Shown here: piece by piece, positions 27,462 to 37,678 of the stretch
How the letters are laid out: every line of letters begins with the position of its first letter
Position numbering within the stretch: the stretch's first letter is position 1
Assembly: GCA_030158585.1 (NCBI GenBank)
Contig: JAOASR010000036.1
Span: 1,943-65,942 of the forward strand
Direction of reading: 5' to 3'
DNA: 64,000 bases
DNA from: Microcella sp.
Lineage (GTDB): Bacteria > Actinomycetota > Actinomycetes > Actinomycetales > Microbacteriaceae
Translations under genes and position numbers: made by a program
Notes under the pieces: generated by a model
What the model was told of the DNA's origin: nothing
The model's database searches: none
What the model saw: only the letters and a program-made list of their open reading frames with translations

Positions 27462-28999
27462 GCCCTCGCGGTCGCCACGGTGCGCACCAGGATCCAGGCC
27501 AACAGTCCGTACGCGAGCGACCCGAGCAGCCAGACCGCGGTCGGCCCGACCGGTCCGACCCACCACCATTCCGCACCGGCGTCGAGATTCGGGTCGGCTC
27601 CGTCGATGCCGGTGACATAGCGGCGGATGTTGAAGTGCAGTGCGATGAAGTGCGCGCCCGCGAGCGCCGCAACGATCGCAAACCGCTGCGCCCGTGAGAA
27701 AGCGAGCACCTGGGACGCGCGGGTGAGAGCGAGCATCCCGCCCAGCATGATGATGAGGGGCAGGAGGTAGCGAGGCTGGACCTGCTCGCCTACGACGTCT
27801 CCTCCGCTCTGAAGGACGTACACCGGCAAGGCCAGAAGCACGGCGACCAAGGCTCCCACTGCGAGGGCCTTGCGGCCCCACATCCTTCCGAGCCCCACGA
27901 ACCCGACGCTCACGAAGACCGCCACGGACGCGGCGGGCACGATCGCCGGCATCGAGGTGTCGAGCCACCCGAGGGCCCAGTCTCCCAGCACCCCCGAGAG
28001 GAGGAACGGGACGTTGAGCACGTTGTAGGCGAAGAGCCCGAAGCCGGTCAGTGCCGACTCGGGTTCGCCCCCTGAGCCGCCGGACACGCCGGAGCCACCT
28101 GCGAAGCCGCTCAAGCCGCTCTGCGACTGCCTGGCCGAGAGGAAGAAGGCCAGCGCGACGACGCCCATGACGACGGGAAGGGCCGCATCACGGGCCCACG
28201 TGCGCCACCGGTCGCGAGCGGGCCCGAGCCTCGAGCGGCCGGGGAGCGTCAGCACCATGACGAGCACCATCCCGAGCCCGGAGTACAGGGCCGCGTCGCC
28301 GCGCGATCCCGCAGCCATGAGAACGCCGACGACGAAAAGAGCGCCGAGCGCCCCCTTGCGCAGCGCCTGACGGCCTCGCCACGACACAACGGGCGTCTCG
28401 AACCACCCCAGCAGGGCGAGCCAGCTCGTGGCCACCCCGATCATCGCCCACGCGCTGGGGTTGTTGGTGCCGAGCACGAAGACGCCGAGAGGCACGGTGG
28501 TGATCAGCCAGCCCCACGCGAGCGGACCGCGCAGGCCTCCAGGCAGCAGGAGCCAGAGCGCTACCGTGAGCAGGGTGAAGAGGAGCGCCGTCAGCAGGCG
28601 CATGGCGAGCGCCGAGAGCTGAATGTCGGGGCCTGCCAGTGCTCCCATCGCGGCGTAGTACAGAGGCGGATACGCGCCGAGGAAGTTCCCTCGCTCACTG
28701 ACGACGAGCTCATCGAGCGACCACGTCCAGTCGACACCCTGACAGGCCGCGCTCAGAGTCGGGTCGTAGGCGAAGCATTCGATGTCATCGAGCGCCGCGG
28801 GAACCTCGCGTTCACGCGGCGACCCCGTCTCCTGGCACGTCTGCTCGGCGGCCGAGCTCGCGCACCAGGCGCTCACCAGGTGGTAGTCGTCGTCGGGGCC
28901 CGCGCCGATCGGCGAAGCGAAGCTCCACGACGTGAGCGTCAGCATGATCAGCACGGGCACCCACGCGAGGAGCGGCAGGCGACGGAAGCGCGTGATCAC
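27431..28999 (-). CDS. DUF2142 polytopic membrane protein (GT-C-like)
   Basis: GPDDDYH, YPPLYY, NNPSAW, GWLDT and QPRYLLPL; multiple TM segments. Confidence 0.8.
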   Translation of the reverse strand: MITRFRRLPLLAWVPVLIMLTLTSWSFASPIGAGPDDDYHLVSAWCASSAAEQTCQETGSPREREVPAALDDIECFAYDPTLSAACQGVDWTWSLDELVVSERGNFLGAYPPLYYAAMGALAGPDIQLSALAMRLLTALLFTLLTVALWLLLPGGLRGPLAWGWLITTVPLGVFVLGTNNPSAWAMIGVATSWLALLGWFETPVVSWRGRQALRKGALGALFVVGVLMAAGSRGDAALYSGLGMVLVMVLTLPGRSRLGPARDRWRTWARDAALPVVMGVVALAFFLSARQSQSGLSGFAGGSGVSGGSGGEPESALTGFGLFAYNVLNVPFLLSGVLGDWALGWLDTSMPAIVPAASVAVFVSVGFVGLGRMWGRKALAVGALVAVLLALPVYVLQSGGDVVGEQVQPRYLLPLIIMLGGMLALTRASQVLAFSRAQRFAIVAALAGAHFIALHFNIRRYVTGIDGADPNLDAGAEWWWVGPVGPTAVWLLGSLAYGLLAWILVRTVATARAQAPGMPITR

Positions 29000-29013
29000 A
29001 AGGTCCCTTCCAG

Positions 29014-30840
29014 CTATGCGGACCCCTCCGGACCGTCATCGAACGACATCAGCTTGACGTATTCGGCGACCATGGGCACGGTGCGCCGCACCGTGGCGAA
29101 GTCTCCCTCGGCGACCACTCTGCCGTCTTCGACGACCGCCACCGTGTCCGCTCGCTGAACGGTGCTGAGACGGTGGGCGATGACGACGACCGTGAGCTCA
29201 CCGCTGAGGGAGCGCAGAGTCTGGCTGATGACGGCCTCGGTGGCGGCATCCAGCCCGCTCGTCGCCTCATCGAGAACGAGAAGTCGTGGCGACACGTACA
29301 GCGCCCGCGCGAGTCCGATGCGCTGAACCTGGCCGCCGCTGAAAGCCTCGGACTGCTTGCCGACCAGCGTGTCGATGCCCTGCGGCAGCGCGTCGATCGC
29401 GTCGAGCAGTTGAGCCTGGCCGAGCACGGAGTGCACGCGGTCGCGGTCGATGTCAGCCGGGTCGATGCCCAGCGCGACGTTCTCGGCGACCGTGCCGCTC
29501 ACGAGACCCGGCTTCTGAGGCACGTACGAGACGAGCCCCGGAGCCACTCGGCGCAGAGCGCGCGGCTCGACGCCCCCGATCGAGATCTCGCCCGCATCGG
29601 GCTCTCCGAGCCCGAGGATGAGCTCGACAAGCGTCGTCTTGCCCGACCCCGATGGCCCGATGATGGCGGCGAAGCTGCCGGGCGGGATGCTCAGGCTCAC
29701 GTCGTCGAGAGCCGTGGCCGCGGCGCCCGGGTAACGGTAGGTCACACCGCGAACCTCGACCCCGAGCGGACCGTCTGCAGTCGCCTGTCGCTCGTCGCGG
29801 GACACGTTGCGGGTGGGGCTCGGGGGAACTGCCGCGAAATCGCTCAGCAGCTCGCGAGCCGAAGCGGACTGCTCGGTATTGACCTTGAGCGCCGCGACTG
29901 CTGTCTGCAGCGGAAGGATCGCGCCCATGATGCGCACTGCACCGGCGAGGAACACCCCCAGAGTCGCCAGTCCGCTGGCGAGCTGGCCGCTCAGCAGCTG
30001 CTGACCGACGAAGACGACCACGCCGAGGATCAGGGCGGTCTCGACGACGTACCGCGGCATGCCGCCGAGGAAGGCAAGGGTTGCTCCTGAGCGCGCCGCG
30101 CGCTGACGCGATCGGTGGATGCGGTCGAGGAAGAGACCGGTTCGACCGAGGACCGTCAGTTCGCGATACGTGTCGAGGGTATCGCCGAGCGCGCCCAGTG
30201 TGAGAGTCGCTCCTTCGGCGGCGTCCTCTCCTGCCCGCTTCAGCACCCGGGCGATACCCGCCTGCATCCCGACGACGATGAGCGCGAAGTAGCCGAGCGC
30301 GAAGAGGGCGACCACGGGGTCGACGATGAAGAACGCGACCGCGACGATCACGAGCAGGAAGCCTTCGACGACGATGCCCGCCACATTGTTGAGCAGTCCG
30401 GTGAACGTCCACTTGATCGACTCGGTGAGCGCGAACTGCAGCTCGTCGCGCGAGAATCGCCGAAGGTGCGCGAGAGAGCCCGTCAGCAGGTGCGAGGCAA
30501 GAACGTCAGCGTTGCGCGACTCGACGCGAGCGATGAAGGCGGTGAGCGCGCGCGACAGCGCGATCGCGATGCTCGCTTTGACGATGAACACGCCGAGGAC
30601 GAACAGCACCAGCAGAAGCAGCCCTTGACCGTCGAGCCTGGGCAGCTCGACGCCGAAGACGACGGCGGACGCGTCAGAACCGGCGAACTGGGTCGCACCC
30701 AACGCCGCGACCACGCCGACGAGCAGGATACCCAGCACGTCGAGGAAGCCGACGAGCGCGCGCGCGGCTACCAGCGCCCAGTAGCTGAATCGCTCGCTGG
30801 GCGTCAGCAGAGCGAGAGCGTCACGCGCGGCGGAAAGCAT
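29014..30840 (-). CDS. ABC transporter, fused permease+ATPase (second PglK/Wzk-like flippase candidate)
   Basis: GPSGSGKT, YVPQ, FSGGQVQR, LDEATSGLD and AHRL. Confidence 0.9.
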   Translation of the reverse strand: MLSAARDALALLTPSERFSYWALVAARALVGFLDVLGILLVGVVAALGATQFAGSDASAVVFGVELPRLDGQGLLLLVLFVLGVFIVKASIAIALSRALTAFIARVESRNADVLASHLLTGSLAHLRRFSRDELQFALTESIKWTFTGLLNNVAGIVVEGFLLVIVAVAFFIVDPVVALFALGYFALIVVGMQAGIARVLKRAGEDAAEGATLTLGALGDTLDTYRELTVLGRTGLFLDRIHRSRQRAARSGATLAFLGGMPRYVVETALILGVVVFVGQQLLSGQLASGLATLGVFLAGAVRIMGAILPLQTAVAALKVNTEQSASARELLSDFAAVPPSPTRNVSRDERQATADGPLGVEVRGVTYRYPGAAATALDDVSLSIPPGSFAAIIGPSGSGKTTLVELILGLGEPDAGEISIGGVEPRALRRVAPGLVSYVPQKPGLVSGTVAENVALGIDPADIDRDRVHSVLGQAQLLDAIDALPQGIDTLVGKQSEAFSGGQVQRIGLARALYVSPRLLVLDEATSGLDAATEAVISQTLRSLSGELTVVVIAHRLSTVQRADTVAVVEDGRVVAEGDFATVRRTVPMVAEYVKLMSFDDGPEGSA

Positions 30841-30844
30841 CGGT

Positions 30845-32413
30845 TCAGCGTACCGGCGAGGGGCGGGCGCCCGCGTTCGACTGCGACATCGTCACCACGG
30901 GGCTTGCGGCGGTGTTCACGAGCAGGGTGACGAGGAGGGCGAAAGCGACTGACCCGATCAACCACACGGCGTTCGGGCTGACGGGCAGGCCCGGCCACCA
31001 CCACTCCACGCCCGCGTCGAGATTCGGCCCTGACTCGTCGATGCCGGTCACGTATCGCCGGATGTTCAGATGCAGGGCCACGAAATTGGCCACCGAGAGC
31101 GCGAGAACGACCACGAGACGCTGTGCGCGAGACAGGATGATCGGCCGATCGGTCGGTCGAATCGTCAGCAGCACGACCAGCAGCGCGATGAGGGGCAGAA
31201 GGTAGCGCGGCTGGAGCTGCTCGCCCACCGCGTCGCCACCGGCCTGCAGCACCACGACGGGGAGCACCACCAGCACCAGCACGACACCACCGATCATGAG
31301 CGCCCGTCTCCAGCGGAGGCTCGCCAGACCCAGCGCACCGACCAGCACAAGGGCCGCGACCGTCGCCGTGGGCACGATGGCAGGAAGAGAGGTGTCGAGC
31401 CAGCCGAGACCCCATCCGTCGCCGAACACGCCCGTCCAGAGCCTCGTCACATTGAGGAGGTTCGACGCGAGGAGCGAGAAGCCGGTCAGCGGCATCGCTT
31501 CTGGCCCTTCGCCCGGATCGAGCCGATCGATGGCGGAGCCACGTTCCGGGTCGTCGAACGATTCCCCCGTGAAGCCGCTTGCTCCGCCGCGGGCCAGATA
31601 CGCCCCCGCGAAGAGCGCCAGTGCTACGAGTGCGGTGGCACCAGGAAGCAGGGAGCTGAGGTAGAAACGCCGGGAGTTTCTGTAGGCGATCGTCACGATT
31701 GCCCCGATCCCGAGGCAGAGGAAGACCGCCGCATCGGATCGTGCCCCCGCTGCCATGAGGGCTGCGATCACGAAGACCACACCGAGCCCGACCCGTCGGC
31801 GACCTTCGGTCTCGTAGAAGCCGAGCAGCGCGATCGGCGCGGCCCCGACACCGATCCATGCCCAGAGACTCGGGTTGTTCGTGCCGAACAGGAAGAGGCC
31901 GAGCGGCACGGCCGTCAGCAGGAACACCCACGCGAGGGTCGAACGACGGTGCGCGGGAAGCAGCGCGTAGAGCGTGCTCGTCAGCCCGAGGAAGAGGACT
32001 ACGGACAGAACGCGCATGCCCACGGCTGAGGCCTGCACGTCGTCGCTCGTCAGAGCGCCCGTGATCGCGTAGTACACGGGCGGATACGTTCCGAGGTAGT
32101 TGGCCCGACCGGTCTGTGCGAGAGTCTCGAGCGACCACGTCGAACCCGACCCCTGGCAGGCCGCGCTCTGCGTGGGCTCGAACCGGAAGCACGCGATGTC
32201 GACGATGGCCTTCGGCGCGTAGACGCCATCGCCGGAGTCAGGAACTTCGCACGTCTCAGCCGCCGTCGGCCCGGCGCACCACGAGCTCACCAGGTGAAAA
32301 TCGTCGTCCGGCCCGGCGCCGACCGGGGATGCCAGCACCCACGCCATCAGGGCGACCGCGGCGAGCACGGGGGCCAGCGCCAGGCGCGGCAGGCGATGAA
32401 AGAACGCGGGCAT
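30845..32413 (-). CDS. DUF2142 polytopic membrane protein (paralog)
   Basis: GPDDDFH, YPPVYY, NNPSLW, GWLDT and QPRYLLPL. Start is 32413 or 32455. Confidence 0.8.
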   Translation of the reverse strand: MPAFFHRLPRLALAPVLAAVALMAWVLASPVGAGPDDDFHLVSSWCAGPTAAETCEVPDSGDGVYAPKAIVDIACFRFEPTQSAACQGSGSTWSLETLAQTGRANYLGTYPPVYYAITGALTSDDVQASAVGMRVLSVVLFLGLTSTLYALLPAHRRSTLAWVFLLTAVPLGLFLFGTNNPSLWAWIGVGAAPIALLGFYETEGRRRVGLGVVFVIAALMAAGARSDAAVFLCLGIGAIVTIAYRNSRRFYLSSLLPGATALVALALFAGAYLARGGASGFTGESFDDPERGSAIDRLDPGEGPEAMPLTGFSLLASNLLNVTRLWTGVFGDGWGLGWLDTSLPAIVPTATVAALVLVGALGLASLRWRRALMIGGVVLVLVVLPVVVLQAGGDAVGEQLQPRYLLPLIALLVVLLTIRPTDRPIILSRAQRLVVVLALSVANFVALHLNIRRYVTGIDESGPNLDAGVEWWWPGLPVSPNAVWLIGSVAFALLVTLLVNTAASPVVTMSQSNAGARPSPVR

Positions 32414-32561
32414 ACAAGAACGACCTCGAAGCAGAAGTGCGGAGCGAATCTTCACGTCGGTGACGACAACAGAGGAAACCTATCCGATCGAGGCACGACG
32501 CCGTCATCGGTCTCCCCGAGGCGCGCGCGTCAGCGCTGACGCTGCAATGACGCAGCGACGC

Positions 32562-33917
32562 TCATCTCTGCAGCCGGCGGCGCACCCGCGAGACCACTCC
32601 GCGCGGGCCCTCCGCGCGGAGGTGGTGCACCGTCATCCGCACCGTGTGACCGAGTCCGGCAGTGCGTCGCACGCGCGCGCCGACTCCCATCGCGTCTCGA
32701 GATCCCGCAGCGTCCGCGGCGCGGCGCGGCCGGGCGGCCGCCTCCAGCACAGGACGAAGCACGACATCCCAGGCGTACCGCTCGCGCACGCGCGCGACAT
32801 TGGCGCGCCATTCGTCAACCTCGGCCGACGAGGCCAGCACCCGAACGAGGGCGTCGGCGAGAGCATCCACATCGTTCGCCGGCACCACGATGCCGAGGCC
32901 CTCATCGGCGATGAGGTCAGCGAAGCCGTCTCCCTCGGTGACCACCATCGGCAGACCCGCCCAGAGGTAGTCGAGGATGCGCGTTCGGAACGAGAACGTG
33001 GTCTCGACGTGCACGTGATGCGTGCTGACGCCGGCGTTGGCTTCGATGAGGTATGCCCCGCGTCGGTCGTAGGGCACCCAGGTGTCGTTGAACACGACCT
33101 CTCGGCCTTCTACTCCGAGCTCGACCGCGAGGTCGAACGATTGACGCACGATTCCCATCTCGTCGACACCGGGGTGACGAGTGCCGAGGAAGAGCAGTCG
33201 GATGCTCGGCTCGCGCACCTTCGCCGCCGCCACCGCCCGGATCAGGGTGAGGGGGTCGAACCAGCTGTAGACGCCGCCGCCCCAGATCAGAACCTTCGAC
33301 CCGTCGTCGATGCCGGGAATGACCCCTCGCATGCCACGCCCCGGGTCGGCCGCGGGCGGCGTGGGGTCGAGGCCGAAGGGCACCACCGCCAGCAGGTCGC
33401 GAAGGTCGGGATCGTCGGCGTACGTCGCCGGGTTCAGTCGACCAAGCCCCGCGAGCTGACCGAGGTACAGCAGTCGCTGCCGTTCGCTCGCGCACAGGAT
33501 CAGGTCTGCTCGCCTCAGCTGATCGTTCAGCGTGTCGCGCGCGGTCGCTACGCGAAGGGCCCACGTGGCAGGCGGCAGCTCGCGGCCCTGCTCGAGCATC
33601 TCGAGATGCATCGGGTCGTACGCGTCCACGATCAGCATCCGATCGGTGCGGGCGATCGTGCGGAACTGCGTCGAGGCGTAGCCCTGGAAGATCACGACCT
33701 CACACCAGCGCTCGTGCACAGAGATGCCGCGTTCGTCGCCGGGATCGACGCGCGCCATCGTGAAGGGCGGAGAGGGATGCTCGGCGCGAGTCGTCGACAC
33801 GAGTCGCACCTCATGGCCGGCCGCCTGGAGAGTGAGCCCCATATTGAGAGCACGGATGGCCGGACCGGCCATCGCCGCTGCCAGTGGGTCGCCCGTGATG
33901 ATGAGCACGCGCGTCAT
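32562..33917 (-). CDS. GT4 glycosyltransferase
   Basis: ATGA-coupled start 33917; MAGPAIR, VVPFG, WGGGVYSWFD and FRTRILDYLWAGLP. Confidence 0.85.
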   Translation of the reverse strand: MTRVLIITGDPLAAAMAGPAIRALNMGLTLQAAGHEVRLVSTTRAEHPSPPFTMARVDPGDERGISVHERWCEVVIFQGYASTQFRTIARTDRMLIVDAYDPMHLEMLEQGRELPPATWALRVATARDTLNDQLRRADLILCASERQRLLYLGQLAGLGRLNPATYADDPDLRDLLAVVPFGLDPTPPAADPGRGMRGVIPGIDDGSKVLIWGGGVYSWFDPLTLIRAVAAAKVREPSIRLLFLGTRHPGVDEMGIVRQSFDLAVELGVEGREVVFNDTWVPYDRRGAYLIEANAGVSTHHVHVETTFSFRTRILDYLWAGLPMVVTEGDGFADLIADEGLGIVVPANDVDALADALVRVLASSAEVDEWRANVARVRERYAWDVVLRPVLEAAARPRRAADAAGSRDAMGVGARVRRTAGLGHTVRMTVHHLRAEGPRGVVSRVRRRLQR

Positions 33918-34924
33918 GCTGATCCTTCCCCGGCGGGAGTGGTCAGATCGCGCAGAGCATCCATCGCGCCCCGACTGTACCGCTCGTAGCGTCCTGCGAC
34001 GACCCCGGCAAGAACGGCCGGGAGTCTCGCGAGGCGCGCGCGCGGCAGTCGAGCCCGCCGCGCCTCGTGATCGGCCTTGCCATCGAGCAGCGCCTGCACC
34101 TCGAGCGGCACTCCGAGCGACCGGCCGCGTGCAGCGAGCAGCGACGATCGCTCCCTGAGGCGGGCGGCACGCTGGGCTCGCGGCTCTCGGAGTCGCGCGA
34201 GGCGATCGCCCATCGTCGGGCGGCGAGCGCCGATCTGGTTGGACCCGTGCTGCCGATAGTCGATGAGGGGCTCGGGGACGAGACGAACTCCCCCGGTCGC
34301 GGCCGCCACCGCCGCGAGCCATTCGTCGTGCACCCACTCACGCGGCATCGGCAGGGCGGCCTCGAGGAGGGAACGCCGGAGCAGCACGGTCGCCCCGGTG
34401 ACGAGATTGCGGCGCAGCAGGACGGGCAGCGCGCGTCCTGATGTCAGGCCGACGCGTTCGGCCGCGGTCGCCTCGAGTGCGTCGAGAAGAGAGAGCCCGA
34501 GCGGTTTGCCATCGCCGTCGACCAGCCTGGCGTCGGAGTGCACCAGCAGAATGTCGGGAGATGACTCGATGGCGGCGGCCAGCACGGCGAGCTTTCCGGG
34601 CCTCCACTCGTCGTCCTGATCGCTCAGGGCGATGAGATCGCCGGTGCACGCGCTCAGGGTGGCCGCGAAGTTGCCCGTGACGCCGAGCGCCGGTCGGCGA
34701 CGGAAAACACGAAGCTCGGTCGACACCCCCTCGGCGCGCGCTCGCGCGTGCGCCCCCTCGATGAGAGCGATGGTGTCGTCCGTGGAGTCGTCGTCGCCCA
34801 CCACGATCTCGAACGGAGCAGGAGACTGCTCGAGGATGGAGCGCAGCTGGGCCTCGACATGCTCCGCGCCGTTGTGAGTGCACATCGCCACGGAGATACG
34901 GGGCGGAGTCGGCAGGGGCGTCAC
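33914..34924 (-). CDS. GT2 glycosyltransferase (RgpB-like putative rhamnosyltransferase)
   Basis: VAMCTHNGA, GDDDSTD, ALSDQDDEW, NLVTGAT, HDEWL and YRQHGSNQIG. Confidence 0.85.
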   Translation of the reverse strand: MTPLPTPPRISVAMCTHNGAEHVEAQLRSILEQSPAPFEIVVGDDDSTDDTIALIEGAHARARAEGVSTELRVFRRRPALGVTGNFAATLSACTGDLIALSDQDDEWRPGKLAVLAAAIESSPDILLVHSDARLVDGDGKPLGLSLLDALEATAAERVGLTSGRALPVLLRRNLVTGATVLLRRSLLEAALPMPREWVHDEWLAAVAAATGGVRLVPEPLIDYRQHGSNQIGARRPTMGDRLARLREPRAQRAARLRERSSLLAARGRSLGVPLEVQALLDGKADHEARRARLPRARLARLPAVLAGVVAGRYERYSRGAMDALRDLTTPAGEGSA

Positions 34925-34971
34925 GCCGCCAGCCTAGAGCGGTGAAACCGACGACTAGAATTCGGGGCATC

Positions 34972-35853
34972 ATGACGAGCGCGCAGGAGTCGACCGCATC
35001 GAGGGCTCCCACCACCGGAATCGTCACCGTCGCCTACCGCTCCGATGGCGTGCTCACCGAGTTCCTGCAGTCTGTCAAGGGCGCGTCCCAGCAGGCCCTC
35101 GACCTGGTCATCGTCGACAACTGCCCGGCTGAGGGCGACGCCCGCGGACTCGCCGCAGCCGCCGAGGGCGCGTACGTCGCCCGCCCGGACAACCCCGGCT
35201 ACGGAGGCGGGATGAACGCGGGGGTGGCAGCGCTCGCGCCGAGCATCCGCTGGGTGCTCCTGAGCAATCCCGACGTGGTGCTGGCGCCCGGAGCGATCGA
35301 TGCACTGGTGGCGGCAGGCGAGGAGGACCCCCGCATCGGCGCTGTGGGCCCCCGGGTCGCCAACGAGGACGGCTCGACGTATCCGTCGGCGCGCGCGGTT
35401 CCGTCGCTGCGCACCGGCATCGGGCACGCGCTCTTCGCCAACCTCTGGCAGACCAACCCGTGGACCCGTCGCTACCGCAACGACGAGGAGGCGGCCGTCG
35501 AGCGGCGCGACGCGGGCTGGCTCTCAGGGTCGTGCGTGCTCGTTCGACGCGAGGCCTTCGACCGCATCGGCGGCTTCGACGAGGGCTACTTCATGTACTT
35601 CGAGGATGTCGACCTCGGCTACCGGCTCGGCAAGGCCGGATATCGCAACGTGTACGAGCCCGCGGTTGTCGTTACGCACTCGGGGGCTCACGCGACGACA
35701 ACGGAATCAGCGCGCATGCTCAGCGCCCATCACGCCTCGGCTCGACGATTTCTGTCGAAGAAGTACGCGGGCTGGTGGCTATGGCCGGTCAGGGCGACCT
35801 TGAGCGCGGGGCTCGCGGCGCGGTCAGCACTCGTGCGTCGGCACGTCAGATAG
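34972..35853 (+). CDS. wbbL: GT2, WbbL-like dTDP-Rha:GlcNAc-PP-polyprenol rhamnosyltransferase
   Basis: IVDN, NPGYGGGMNAG, LSNPDV, WLSGSC and GGFDEGYFMYFEDVDLG. Confidence 0.78.
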   Translation: MTSAQESTASRAPTTGIVTVAYRSDGVLTEFLQSVKGASQQALDLVIVDNCPAEGDARGLAAAAEGAYVARPDNPGYGGGMNAGVAALAPSIRWVLLSNPDVVLAPGAIDALVAAGEEDPRIGAVGPRVANEDGSTYPSARAVPSLRTGIGHALFANLWQTNPWTRRYRNDEEAAVERRDAGWLSGSCVLVRREAFDRIGGFDEGYFMYFEDVDLGYRLGKAGYRNVYEPAVVVTHSGAHATTTESARMLSAHHASARRFLSKKYAGWWLWPVRATLSAGLAARSALVRRHVR

Positions 35854-35858
35854 CGCGG

Positions 35859-37568
35859 CTACTCCGCCGCCGCGAGCGGATCGTCGACGAGATCGAGACC
35901 ACGCGAGGCGACCAGCGCCGCGGCGTCCGCGACCAGCACTATGCCGTCCGGCGCGTGCGGCTTGCGGATCACCCCGCCGGCCGCGGCGGCCTCGCGGATT
36001 GCGACCGAGAGCTCTTCGAGTGTGGGCGTCGCTCCCGGCTCGAGCGCGACGAGTACGCGAGCTCGAGACGTCGCGAGTGCCAGCTCAGTGCTCAAAGCGA
36101 CACCGCCGTCCCACGCCGTGCGCCGCACGGAGACGTTGTCATCGGCCGAAGTGGCGAGCGCGAGTATGCCCGTCTCGGCGCGCGGAGACGCGGCGTCGAC
36201 CACGGATACGTCAACGACAGTCGACAGAGTGCGCGCGTGTCGGACGCTCGCAAGCGTCGCCGCCCAGCGTGCACGAGTTCGGATGACGACTGACACGCCG
36301 TCCACCCGCTCGGGCAGCCGGTGCGCGAGCTGTTCCCAGTCGACGAGCGCGCGCTCGAGCACGACGCGGCGCCAGAGCGGGCTCTCGCGCGTCGTGATGC
36401 GGTCAAGGCTGTCGAGCCGATGGTCGTAGTCGACGCCGATGACCGGGACGAGCCGTAGCTCGAGACGCTTGGCGAGACGCAGCACGAGATCGTAGTCGAC
36501 CCAGCGTTTGAGCGACTCGTCGAAACCTCCGATGTCGGCGAGCGCCGAGCGCCACACCACGAGCGCGTTGAGGTCGACGGCGTTACGGCCTTCGAGGAGG
36601 GTGGCCAGATCAACCTGCTCGGCCGCGAACTCGAAAGTGCCGTCACTTCGGCGGATGCGCACGACCGTGTGCACGGCGCAGCGCGAGTTGTCGCCGATCT
36701 GGGCGACGGCCGCAGCGAGGTGTTCAGGAGTCCATGTGTTGTCGGAATCGAGAAACGCGACGAGCTCGCCGGCGGCAGCGTCGATGCCTCGATTGCGTGC
36801 GGCGGAGACGCCTCTCGCCTCCTGTGCGATGAGGCGGATGCGCGAATCCTGCGTTGCCCGGTGGCGCACGACTGCCGGCGTGTCGTCAGTCGAGCCGTCG
36901 TCGACGACGATCAGCTCCCAGTTCGAGTAGCGCTGCGCGACGATCGAGTCGATCGCAAGGCCGACAACTCTCGCACGATCACGCACAGGCATGACGATGG
37001 AAACGAGAGGCAGGGCGGCCGGACCCGTGCGCGCTTCGACGGGCGCCCCCCGCGTAGCGGACGGTGAGAAGTCAACGGCGTGGCGGCGCAGCGATCGAGC
37101 GTTCTGCCGAGCGAACTCGAGCGCTCGCTCATGTGCGACGCGGCGAGCCTGTTCGAAGGTGACCGGCGCGACGCCGGGTGCGGCGGAAAGCATCTCCGTC
37201 GGCCCCAGCCGCGCGATGACCGCCGAGGCTTCATCAAGCCAGTTCCGCTGCCCGGGCAGTGCGAGCTGCGGCCCCGCGGAACCTCGGCGGGCTCCTGCGG
37301 CGGCACTCAGCCTCGCATCGTCGAGCCACGCGGGCTCGATGAGTGGATGCGGCGCGTACTGCAGCCGAGGCTCCGTCGCCGCCCACGCGGCCGCCGCATC
37401 CTCATCGGAACGGAAGTCTGCACCTAGCTGGGCGCCGAGGTAGCCGGCGTCGATGAGACCAGCGCGCAGAAGTCGATCGGCCAGAGCTCGACGAAGAGAG
37501 GCCTCACGGTTCGATCGAATCCGATAGGCGAGCGTTCGAGGCGAGAGCACGCCACCATGCAACAGCAC
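35859..37568 (-). CDS. multidomain GT2 glycosyltransferase
   Basis: VSIVMPVRD, VDDGSTD, GVSAARN, AFLDSDN and GGFDESLKRWVDYDL; N-terminal PHPL module; start uncertain. Confidence 0.82.
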   Translation of the reverse strand: MLLHGGVLSPRTLAYRIRSNREASLRRALADRLLRAGLIDAGYLGAQLGADFRSDEDAAAAWAATEPRLQYAPHPLIEPAWLDDARLSAAAGARRGSAGPQLALPGQRNWLDEASAVIARLGPTEMLSAAPGVAPVTFEQARRVAHERALEFARQNARSLRRHAVDFSPSATRGAPVEARTGPAALPLVSIVMPVRDRARVVGLAIDSIVAQRYSNWELIVVDDGSTDDTPAVVRHRATQDSRIRLIAQEARGVSAARNRGIDAAAGELVAFLDSDNTWTPEHLAAAVAQIGDNSRCAVHTVVRIRRSDGTFEFAAEQVDLATLLEGRNAVDLNALVVWRSALADIGGFDESLKRWVDYDLVLRLAKRLELRLVPVIGVDYDHRLDSLDRITTRESPLWRRVVLERALVDWEQLAHRLPERVDGVSVVIRTRARWAATLASVRHARTLSTVVDVSVVDAASPRAETGILALATSADDNVSVRRTAWDGGVALSTELALATSRARVLVALEPGATPTLEELSVAIREAAAAGGVIRKPHAPDGIVLVADAAALVASRGLDLVDDPLAAAE

Positions 37569-37678
37569 GGCGGGGGCCGACGCTAGTCAGCCGCGCACGG
37601 CGCCTCTCGCTACTGTGGGGCGGGGCTGCTTCTGCGGCTCAAACGAGCCCGATGTGGGCCGGCCGGAGAGGGGCACGC

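Noticed and set aside
32460-33989. 509-aa plus-strand ORF (likewise 3061-4647, 18272-19984, 26037-27968, 39902-41476, 61180-63009)
   Set aside because: Antisense or off-frame shadows of well-supported genes, typical of ~70% GC DNA; Arg/Pro/His-rich with no motifs.
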